A stretch of 64,000 nucleotides of DNA from assembly GCA_035464095.1 (NCBI GenBank), contig DATHSO010000191.1, positions 1,009-65,008 of the forward strand. The letters run 5' to 3'. The position numbers and the translations under genes are program-made. Under the pieces are notes generated by a model. It had not been told where the DNA came from. It worked only from the letters and a program-made list of their open reading frames with translations, and searched no databases. The stretch comes from Candidatus Methylomirabilota bacterium. GTDB taxonomy: Bacteria; Acidobacteriota; Thermoanaerobaculia; Thermoanaerobaculales; Sulfomarinibacteraceae. Below are positions 41,794 to 49,255 of this stretch, one piece after another. Position 1 is the stretch's first letter. The number at the start of each line of letters is the position of its first letter.

Positions 41794-43464
41794 TCAGGGG
41801 ACCGTGATCTGACCGCGCGCGAGCAGCTCCGGAGTGTTCGCTGCCGGGTCGTACATCCCCATGAATCGGTTCACAAGGTCGGTGTCGGTCGCTGCCAGGT
41901 CCATGACGAAAGGGTACGAGAGGCTCTGGAACAGGAGCTCCGCCGTCACCGTCAACGGCGCTGCGAATCCGGTCACGTCGACCAGGTACACGACGCGGTC
42001 AGCACCCCCCTGGAAGTCGTCATCCGCATCCGCGGATCCATAGACGCCGACGTCGGTGCCCGTAGCGGCGGCCTTGTCGAACCCGGCCGGCAGCAGGCGG
42101 TTGTCCTTCGCGTACGAATGCGCTCGCAGCAGGGTCTGGGTCACGTCACCCTCATACGTGAGCATGATCGGCTCGTAGATCTGGACCTGGTCGGGCGATG
42201 TGATCTCGGTGTGGTGCGGCTCGAACGTCGCGGGATCCGAGTCGGCGGCGTTGCCCTCGATCCTGCCGTCGCCCGTCGGCCTCCCCGACTCGAAGACGAG
42301 CGCCCCGTCACCATCAGTGACCCTGAGGTGCAGCCAGGCCCGCCGCGACGGAAGACCGCTCGGGAGCTTGTGGCCGGTTCGGTTGACGACGTCCACCATC
42401 ACCCTGAGGTCGACTCCCAGATCCGCCTCGACCGTCAGAGCCGCAGTGTCGTTCAGGAGCTGACTCCGGGTCCGCGAGATGGTGTCGTCGAGTTGCCATG
42501 CCTCCGCGGTCACTCCGAGATCGGCGGCGTTGGCTTTGAGCAGCTCCAGCACGAAACAGTTGCCGCCGGCGAAGTGGTGCTGCCAGAAGGGCTCACGAGC
42601 TGCGAGGCGGGGCGGACGGTTGCTGATCACGACAGCTCCCACGGCTAGCGGCAGGTGGCAGTCCTGGCAGGTCGCGGGGAATCCGCTGTGCTCCCACTCC
42701 AGGTAGGTCGTCTGCTCCGGGAAGTAGGGATCGACCGGCACCGGGTTCCCGCCGGCATCGAGAACGGGCGTGTACAGGGTGTGGCAGCTGCCGCAGTGGG
42801 CCGGGTCCTCGATCTGGGCGCCGAGGGCCGGGTCGAAGCCCGCGGCCTGCCGCATCGCGTTCCGCAGTGGGTCCTGATAGGGCCCGAAGATCGTGCGGTC
42901 CGGGGGCCAGGTCGAGGTGTCGATCTCGTAGCCGCCGGTGAAGCTGCTCGGGGTTCCCAGACCGGTCGGCTGGACCTGATGGCAGAGACAGCAGGATACG
43001 CCGTCCATCGCAGCCTCGTGCAGGGAATGTGCGGGGTCGAGAAACCCGGGACCGAGCACCTCGACCGCCGAGCCGTGGGTGATCGCTTGGTAGCGCGCCA
43101 TGCCCATGTGGCACCGGGTGCACTTGTCCTCGATGACCTCCTTCACGTGGGGAGCGCGAGCCACCTCCGAGCTGATCTTGGCTTGCCAGAGGGGGTCCTT
43201 GGCGGCGTTGGCCATCATGGTTGATCGCCAGTGCGCGTCATTCGAGACATCGTTGCCAACCGAGTCTTTGAGCCTGCTGTGGCAGGTGGCGCAGACTCCC
43301 GCCCCGGAGAAGTCCTCGGTTTCGAAGGTGCTGAGCGTTGTGGCCCCCTGGCCCGCAGCGGGACCCGGCCCGGTGCCGGTCTGGGCGCTGACGACCATCG
43401 GCGCGAGCCACAGGGCGAGGGGCGCGAAGGCGACGCGAAGGACCCGGGAGAGCAGTGTCGACAT
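41794..43464 (-). CDS. Periplasmic pentaheme c-type cytochrome
   Basis: I place the start at ATG 43464, with AGGAGGAG upstream. Signal peptide LRVAFAPLALWLAPMVVSAQ. There are five CxxCH motifs (CATCH, CTRCH, CCLCH, CGSCH, CQDCH). Confidence 0.8.
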   Translation of the reverse strand: MSTLLSRVLRVAFAPLALWLAPMVVSAQTGTGPGPAAGQGATTLSTFETEDFSGAGVCATCHSRLKDSVGNDVSNDAHWRSTMMANAAKDPLWQAKISSEVARAPHVKEVIEDKCTRCHMGMARYQAITHGSAVEVLGPGFLDPAHSLHEAAMDGVSCCLCHQVQPTGLGTPSSFTGGYEIDTSTWPPDRTIFGPYQDPLRNAMRQAAGFDPALGAQIEDPAHCGSCHTLYTPVLDAGGNPVPVDPYFPEQTTYLEWEHSGFPATCQDCHLPLAVGAVVISNRPPRLAAREPFWQHHFAGGNCFVLELLKANAADLGVTAEAWQLDDTISRTRSQLLNDTAALTVEADLGVDLRVMVDVVNRTGHKLPSGLPSRRAWLHLRVTDGDGALVFESGRPTGDGRIEGNAADSDPATFEPHHTEITSPDQVQIYEPIMLTYEGDVTQTLLRAHSYAKDNRLLPAGFDKAAATGTDVGVYGSADADDDFQGGADRVVYLVDVTGFAAPLTVTAELLFQSLSYPFVMDLAATDTDLVNRFMGMYDPAANTPELLARGQITVP

Positions 43465-43680
43465 GATCTCCTCCTGCCTCGGCCGGACCGGTACCGGCAT
43501 GCGAGGGCTTCGAAGTGTTCATTCAACATTGCCGCGTCGAGTTGAGAAAAACAATGATCGATCTAAATCATTTTTGCTCTGACGCATGCGCATCAGGGTT
43601 CTGAAGCCTGGCACCACAACGTACCATCGATACCATCTATGGTGGGACGACGGCGGCGGGTCCGGGATAGACTGCGGGGG

Positions 43681-44880
43681 ATGGAACGTCCGGCGTACGA
43701 GCGTGACGCGTATCTGAGTGAGTTCGACACGGAGGTGGTCGAGGTTGGAAGGGACGGCGAGCGGCCGTGGGCGGTCACCGCCGACACGATCTTTTACCCC
43801 GAGGGCGGCGGCCAGCCGGCGGACCGGGGCAGGATGGGCGGGGTCGAGGTTGTCGACGTTCGGAATGTCGACGGTGCCATACGACATTGTCTGTCCCGCG
43901 AGCTGGCACCCGGTCCGGTCCGCCAGGAGCTCGACTGGTCGAGGCGCTTCGACCACATGCAGCAGCACTCCGGCCAGCACCTGCTGACCGTGGTCGCTCT
44001 GCAGCGCTTCGGCTGGCCGACCACCGCCTTCCACCTCGGCCCCGAGCTCAGCGACATCGAGCTCGACGTGCCCTCCCTCGGCGGGGACGACCTGCGCCGC
44101 CTCGAGGATGCCGTCAACGAGGAGATCCGGGCCGCGCACCCGATCGTGGTCCGCTACGCCGCAATCGGCGAGATGGAGACCCTCGGCGTGCGCTCGAGAA
44201 TGCTCCCGGAGGGTCTTACCGGCGAGCTTCGGCTCGTGGGGATCGAGGGCCTCGACCTCAACACCTGCGGCGGCACCCACGTCCGCTCGACGGCCGAGAT
44301 CGGCGCCCTGGCCCTGGTCGGCACCGAGGCGATGCGCGGTGGCACCCGGCTCCACTTCGTCGCCGGCGACCGGCTGCGGCGACGGCTCGCCGCCCACGAG
44401 GCTCGGAACGTCCGGCTGCGAACCCTCCTCGATGCGGCCGACGACGACCTCCCCGCTCTGGTCGAGCTCCGCATCGGCCGCGAGAAGGAGATGGCGCGGG
44501 AGCGGCGCCGGCTGCTCGCCGAGCTGGCCAGCGCCGAGGCCGAGCGCCTGGCGGTGGGCCCGGAGGGTGTGCTGACGGCCCACTGGGACGACCGCGACCT
44601 GCCATTCCTCCAGGAGGTCGGCAAGGCCCTGGTCGCCCTGGCGCCCGAGCGGGTTGCCCTGCTCAGCTCAGGCTGCGGCGCTGGGGGCGCCTTCCTGGTG
44701 GTCGCCCCCGAGGCCTCCGGTCTCGACCTGGCCTCGGTCGGGCCCGAGCTCTGCGCCCTCCTCGACGGCCGAGGAGGCGGCCGTGCCCCGTTCTTCCAGG
44801 GCAAGGCTGCCGCGGTCGACCGCCGCGGCGACGCCGCGGCCCTGCTCTCCCGAATTCAACCCCCGACCCCGAAGACCTGA
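43681..44880 (+). CDS. alaX: AlaX-L-type alanyl-tRNA editing protein (tRNA_SAD domain)
   Basis: The start is ATG 43681 (MERPAYERDAYLSEFDTEVV). It has TIFYPEGGGQPAD, the zinc motif HSGQHLL, and CGGTHV. Confidence 0.75.
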   Translation: MERPAYERDAYLSEFDTEVVEVGRDGERPWAVTADTIFYPEGGGQPADRGRMGGVEVVDVRNVDGAIRHCLSRELAPGPVRQELDWSRRFDHMQQHSGQHLLTVVALQRFGWPTTAFHLGPELSDIELDVPSLGGDDLRRLEDAVNEEIRAAHPIVVRYAAIGEMETLGVRSRMLPEGLTGELRLVGIEGLDLNTCGGTHVRSTAEIGALALVGTEAMRGGTRLHFVAGDRLRRRLAAHEARNVRLRTLLDAADDDLPALVELRIGREKEMARERRRLLAELASAEAERLAVGPEGVLTAHWDDRDLPFLQEVGKALVALAPERVALLSSGCGAGGAFLVVAPEASGLDLASVGPELCALLDGRGGGRAPFFQGKAAAVDRRGDAAALLSRIQPPTPKT

Positions 44881-44905
44881 CATCCTCAGACCTCACGCGT
44901 CCCAA

Positions 44906-44954
44906 CTCATAATTCATAATTCATAATCGAGAATTGAGAATTAAGAATTGAGAG
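44906..44954. repeat. AT-rich heptad repeat element in palindromic arrangement, (CATAATT)x3 then (GAATTNA)x3; likely a bidirectional hairpin between convergent genes
   Basis: CTCATAATTCATAATTCATAATCGAGAATTGAGAATTAAGAATTGAGAG. The AATTC and GAATT blocks pair, giving about 18 of 22 positions by hand folding. It fills most of the 74-bp gap between the alaX stop and the stop of the minus-strand gene. Confidence 0.7.
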
Positions 44955-46922
44955 TTACGGACCTGTGGACTCCCGAGCCTCCACGCCCCCCTCACCCGCT
45001 CCCTCGAGGCCGTCGTACCAGGCCCGCGGCTTGGCCAGGTGGACCTTGCTCTTGCCCCGGTCGAAGCCGATGCCGGCGGCGAGGGCCTTGTACTTGACGT
45101 AGACCCGGCCGTCGGGCTTCTTGTTCGCGATCCGCAGCGAACCGAGGACCTCGAGCCCGTCGCCGGCGACCATGAGATCGTCGATGGTGGTCCCGTCGGT
45201 GTCGGTGGCGAGGCTGGTCGTGGCAGTGATGTTCTCGATGTTCGGGACCAGCTTCATCCAGCCCGGTGTGTCGGCGATACTCCTCAGCAGGGCGATCACC
45301 GGACGGCTGTCCCGCATGGTGAGCCGGGTCGCCGACCGGGCGACCATCGGCCGCGCGAAGGTGACGGTGCCGCTCGCGATGTCCACGGTCCCGAACCACG
45401 GGTCGAGCTTGGCCTGCTGCTTGGCGCTCAGGGCGGTGTTGGCGATGTGCTCGAGGCGGATGTTTGTTCCCGACAGGTCGAAGCGGCGGGCGGCGAGGTC
45501 GCCGTCCGCCAGCGTCACGCGGGCCTCGAGATCACCGGAGAGCACGTCGCCTCTGTGGTCCATCCGGATGCTCTCGGCGATCAGCTCGAGGGAGCCGCTG
45601 GCCGCGCCGGCCTCGTCCACCTCGAGGTGGGCACTCACGTCGCCGGTGCCCGAGGTGATGGCGATCGGGAACGACTCGGGGAAGAGCGGGTCGAGTGCGC
45701 CGAGGTTCCTGATCTCGGCCTCCGGCAGGCTGAACTCGACCCCGGACGGCTTCACAGCCTCGGGCAGGTCGAAATCCCGCCAGGCAATGGTCAGCCCGAG
45801 ATTCGAGCCGACGACGTCGACGGAGCCGTCGGCGGGGTCCTCGATCTGGACGTGGTCGAGGACGGTCCGGACGGTGGTCACGTGCTGACCGCCGGCCCGC
45901 TCGGTGCTGCCGCTGACCTTGGCCGCGCCGGTGGCGACCAGGTTCATGATGCCGATCCGGAACGCGTCGGACTCCATGGAGTACGTCGACCCGGCACGAA
46001 CGGCGCCCCGCTCGAGCTCGAGGCGGGCCGCCAGGGTGCCCCCGGACCCCGACGTGGTCAGCCCCGGGGTGACCTGGTGCATCAGGTCCTCACTCGCCAT
46101 GAGGTGGCCGGCGAGCTCGACCGTGCCGCTGATGCCGCCGATCACGTCGGCCGGCCTGGCGCCCCGGGCCGGGAAGGTCTCGAAGCGGACGTCGCCGGCG
46201 ATCTCGAGGTTGTCGGTGACGAGGTCGCGGCCGATGCGGATCGTGGTCGGCTCGAGGTCGAGGCGGCCGCGGTGGATGGTGATGGTCTGCCTCGGTTTCA
46301 CGGTCACTCCGCCGCCGACCCAGCCCTCGCCCTCGATGCGGACGTGGTTGAGGGCCACCCGCACCGGTGAGTCGACGTGAACTCCGGTGAGCTTGATGGT
46401 CCACGGCCGGCGATTCTTCTTGCGCGGGTAGAGGTCCTCCGGCTTCGGGTCGGGCGGGTTCGCCAAGCCCGGGATCTCGGGGTAGAGCTCGACGAGCTCC
46501 GGTGGGAAGGGCTTCCGCTCCTCGGCAGCGTCCTCCCGAGGAGGTGCGTCCAGCCGCCGCCGGTACCGGAAGTCCACGTCCTCGGCGTCGACCCCGCTGA
46601 TGTGCACGATCTTGAAGGGCAGCTTCACGAGGTTGACGGTGGCGCGGGCCTCGCCGACCCGGACGTGGATCTGGTTCCGGAGGGTCTGGCTGCGCAGCTC
46701 GAAGCCCTCCACCCGGACCAGCCCCGGCAGGAAGGTCGACGCCGACTGCCAGGAGTAGTGGGTCTTCTCCGGCTTCTTGTTGAGGAGCCTCTCGATGGTG
46801 CCGGTTCGAAGGAGCGCGTTGGCCGCGACCACGTAGACGACCTCGACCGCGATGGCGACCACCGCGATCCGGACGAGCCACCTTCGCACCGGTTGACGCC
46901 ACCACGACCTCGTCGCGTTCAT
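44955..46922 (-). CDS. Membrane-anchored hypothetical protein (655 aa)
   Basis: Single N-terminal TM (WLVRIAVVAIAVEVVYVVAANALL), then a long beta-rich region. The architecture is vaguely AsmA/TamB-like, but I can name no motif. Confidence 0.55.
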   Translation of the reverse strand: MNATRSWWRQPVRRWLVRIAVVAIAVEVVYVVAANALLRTGTIERLLNKKPEKTHYSWQSASTFLPGLVRVEGFELRSQTLRNQIHVRVGEARATVNLVKLPFKIVHISGVDAEDVDFRYRRRLDAPPREDAAEERKPFPPELVELYPEIPGLANPPDPKPEDLYPRKKNRRPWTIKLTGVHVDSPVRVALNHVRIEGEGWVGGGVTVKPRQTITIHRGRLDLEPTTIRIGRDLVTDNLEIAGDVRFETFPARGARPADVIGGISGTVELAGHLMASEDLMHQVTPGLTTSGSGGTLAARLELERGAVRAGSTYSMESDAFRIGIMNLVATGAAKVSGSTERAGGQHVTTVRTVLDHVQIEDPADGSVDVVGSNLGLTIAWRDFDLPEAVKPSGVEFSLPEAEIRNLGALDPLFPESFPIAITSGTGDVSAHLEVDEAGAASGSLELIAESIRMDHRGDVLSGDLEARVTLADGDLAARRFDLSGTNIRLEHIANTALSAKQQAKLDPWFGTVDIASGTVTFARPMVARSATRLTMRDSRPVIALLRSIADTPGWMKLVPNIENITATTSLATDTDGTTIDDLMVAGDGLEVLGSLRIANKKPDGRVYVKYKALAAGIGFDRGKSKVHLAKPRAWYDGLEGAGEGGVEARESTGP

Positions 46923-46945
46923 TCCGCCCCCCGTTGTCCCGGATC

Positions 46946-48030
46946 GGTACCACGTATCACATTGTGATGTTTCGCAGTCGGGAGTAGGATGAATGGGTCC
47001 CGTCCGCGTGCATGGAAGGAAATGCCATGCCGCGAAAACCCCGACTGTTCATCCCATACGCGACCTATCACGTCTATTGCCGAGTGAACCGAGGCGAGTT
47101 CGTCTTCGCCGACCGAGAATACTCTGATTTGTTTCTCGAAACGCTGTGCGAGACCAAAGAACGAGATGGCCTCTCGATTCTCGCCTGGTGTTTGATGACG
47201 AACCACTACCACCTGGTGCTCAAGACCGGATCAGTACCCCTTTGGCGGACGATGGCCCGGTTGCAGCGAACGGTCGCCAGGGAGCACAACCGCAGGAGGC
47301 GGTACCTCGGGCGGCTGTGGCAGAGCAGGTACCGCGCGAGGCTTGTCGATTCCAACGACTACTTCGGGCAAGTGGTGGCCTATGTCCATTTGAATCCTGT
47401 CGCCGCGGGGTTGGTCACCGACCCTGCCGACTACGCGCTCAGCGGACACCGGGAAGCGATCGGCCAAAGGCGCTCTCAGATATTGGACTCGGGGGCATTG
47501 CTCGAGTTGTTCGGTGAGGAAGACCCGTCCCTGATGCGAACGGCGTACCTTGAATGGGTGCGCTCCGTCGCGGAGGCGAAGTGGCTGGAATTGGGTCTTC
47601 GCGAGCTTCCGTGGTGGACGGACGCCTCAGACGCCGAAGAAATCGTCGGGCCCGATTTACGTCGCCCTGTCGAGACGTACGACCAACGGAAGCTGGTTGA
47701 AGACAGGCTCCCACTGGATCTGCCCGCGATTGTTGGCGCAATCTGCGACCTCACCGGGGTGAAACTCGCCGACCTTCGCTCGCGGAAGAGACGGTCCGAG
47801 GTAGCGAAGGTGCGGTGGGATCTCGCTGCCATCGCGGTGGGAAGATACGGTCACAGAGTTTGCGACCTCGCGGTGATCTTGAGCAAAAACGCCGGTTCTG
47901 TGAGCCGGTGGCTAACCGAAGCTGAGCGCCGCCAAGCCTCCGACCCCGAGTATCGAACCCACCTCGATCACCTCGAGCGTCGAGTCGTCGACCGGGCGGT
48001 TCAGAACATCACAATGTGATACGTGGTACC
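46946..48030 (+). mobile_element. RAYT / IS200-like Y1-transposase unit bounded by perfect 26-bp inverted repeats
   Basis: The left IR at 46946-46971 is GGTACCACGTATCACATTGTGATGTT. The right IR at 48005-48030 is AACATCACAATGTGATACGTGGTACC, its exact reverse complement. Each IR contains the hairpin ATCACA-N-TGTGAT. The unit is clearly less GC-rich than its flanks. Confidence 0.8.
47012..48019 (+). CDS. REP-associated tyrosine transposase-like protein (Y1 HUH transposase, IS200 family) with C-terminal DnaA_C-like HTH
   Basis: 335 aa with the HUH motif CLMTNHYHLVLK and the Tyr motif RLWQSRYRARLV. The C-terminus LADLRSRKRRSEVAKVRWDLAAIAVGRYGHRVCDLAVILSKNAGSVSRWL resembles the DnaA C-terminal DNA-binding domain. 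The stop codon lies inside the right IR. Confidence 0.8.
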   Translation: MEGNAMPRKPRLFIPYATYHVYCRVNRGEFVFADREYSDLFLETLCETKERDGLSILAWCLMTNHYHLVLKTGSVPLWRTMARLQRTVAREHNRRRRYLGRLWQSRYRARLVDSNDYFGQVVAYVHLNPVAAGLVTDPADYALSGHREAIGQRRSQILDSGALLELFGEEDPSLMRTAYLEWVRSVAEAKWLELGLRELPWWTDASDAEEIVGPDLRRPVETYDQRKLVEDRLPLDLPAIVGAICDLTGVKLADLRSRKRRSEVAKVRWDLAAIAVGRYGHRVCDLAVILSKNAGSVSRWLTEAERRQASDPEYRTHLDHLERRVVDRAVQNITM

Positions 48031-48076
48031 TATCCTATCCCGTCCGACGAATCGTCGCAGCTGGCCAGCCCCCCGG

Positions 48077-49165
48077 TCACCGCTGAACCCGGGCTGTTCC
48101 GCCTTTGGCGAAGGCCTCGACCTCCGGGAGCCTGGCCATGGTCACATCGCCCGGGAACGTCGTGGACAGGGCGCCGTGGGCCCAACCCAGACGGACGACG
48201 TCATCCAGCTCGCGCCCGTCCAGCATTCCGTAGATCAGACCCGAGGCGAAGCCGTCGCCGCCGCCGATGCGATCGAGGACGCCGAGCTCGCAGGTCGGGG
48301 AGATGGCCCGCTGCCCGTTGTACCAGATCACGGCCCCCCACTGATGGCGGTTGGCGGTCTCGACCTCCCTGAGGGTGGTGGCCACCATCTTCACGTCGGG
48401 GAAGTCGCGATTGACCTCGGCGATCATCTCGAAGAAGACGGAGGTGTCCAGCTTCGACTTCTTCTCGACGTCGGGCCCCGTGACGGCCAACCCCATCTGC
48501 AGGTCCTCCTCGTTGCCGATGAGGACGTCGACATGTTCGACGATCCGCTTGAAGGTGCGCTGCGCGGCCTCGAGCCCGCCGATGGACTCCCACAGCTTGC
48601 CGCGGTAGTTCAGATCGAAGGACGTGACGGCGCCGTGTTGCTTCGCGGCCCTCATGGCCTCGATGATGAGCTCGGAGGTCGTTGCCGACAGTGCCGCGTA
48701 GATTCCCCCGGAGTGGAACCAGCGGACTCCTTCGCCGAAGATCGCCTGCCAGTCGAAATCGCCCGGCTTGAGCATGGCGCCGGCCTCGTTCGCCCGGTTG
48801 TAGAAGACCACCGGAGGTCGGACGCCATAGCCGAGATCGCTGTAAACAGTGGCGATGTTCGGCCCCCGAGCGCCGTCATGTTCGAACCACTTGTAGAAGG
48901 GTCTGACACCCATTTCCCTGACCCGGGTCTGGACCAGCTCGCCAATGCCGTAATCCACCATGGCGGTGGCGATCCCGGTCTTCAGACCGAAACAATCCGC
49001 CAGGTTGGCGGCGACGTTGTACTCACCACCCGAAACGTGGATCGCCACCGACCGCGCCTTCCGGAATGGGATTCGGCCCGGATCCAGGCGATGGACCAGG
49101 GAACCCAGGGACAGGAAATCGAGCGCACAGTCGTCGTTCCTGATTCTCAGCTCAGCCATGAACAC
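48077..49165 (-). CDS. PfkB-family sugar-acid kinase (2-dehydro-3-deoxygluconokinase-like)
   Basis: 362 aa with a PfkB signature near the C-terminus (DRIGGGDGFASGLIYGML) and an N-terminal GGEYNVAANL-type motif. Confidence 0.8.
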   Translation of the reverse strand: MFMAELRIRNDDCALDFLSLGSLVHRLDPGRIPFRKARSVAIHVSGGEYNVAANLADCFGLKTGIATAMVDYGIGELVQTRVREMGVRPFYKWFEHDGARGPNIATVYSDLGYGVRPPVVFYNRANEAGAMLKPGDFDWQAIFGEGVRWFHSGGIYAALSATTSELIIEAMRAAKQHGAVTSFDLNYRGKLWESIGGLEAAQRTFKRIVEHVDVLIGNEEDLQMGLAVTGPDVEKKSKLDTSVFFEMIAEVNRDFPDVKMVATTLREVETANRHQWGAVIWYNGQRAISPTCELGVLDRIGGGDGFASGLIYGMLDGRELDDVVRLGWAHGALSTTFPGDVTMARLPEVEAFAKGGTARVQR

Positions 49166-49202
49166 CTCTCCACACGACGAGAGCTCCTCTCGCCTGCCAA
49201 CT

Positions 49203-49251
49203 CATAGTTCATAATTCATAATTCATAATTCATAATTCATAATTCGCAATT
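49203..49251. repeat. Seven tandem heptanucleotide units (CATAGTT, CATAATT x5, CGCAATT)
   Basis: Read directly. It lies in the 90-bp gap between the gnd stop (49256) and the kinase start (49165). It is a local AT island in ~70% GC DNA. Confidence 0.85.
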
Positions 49252-49255
49252 GGGT

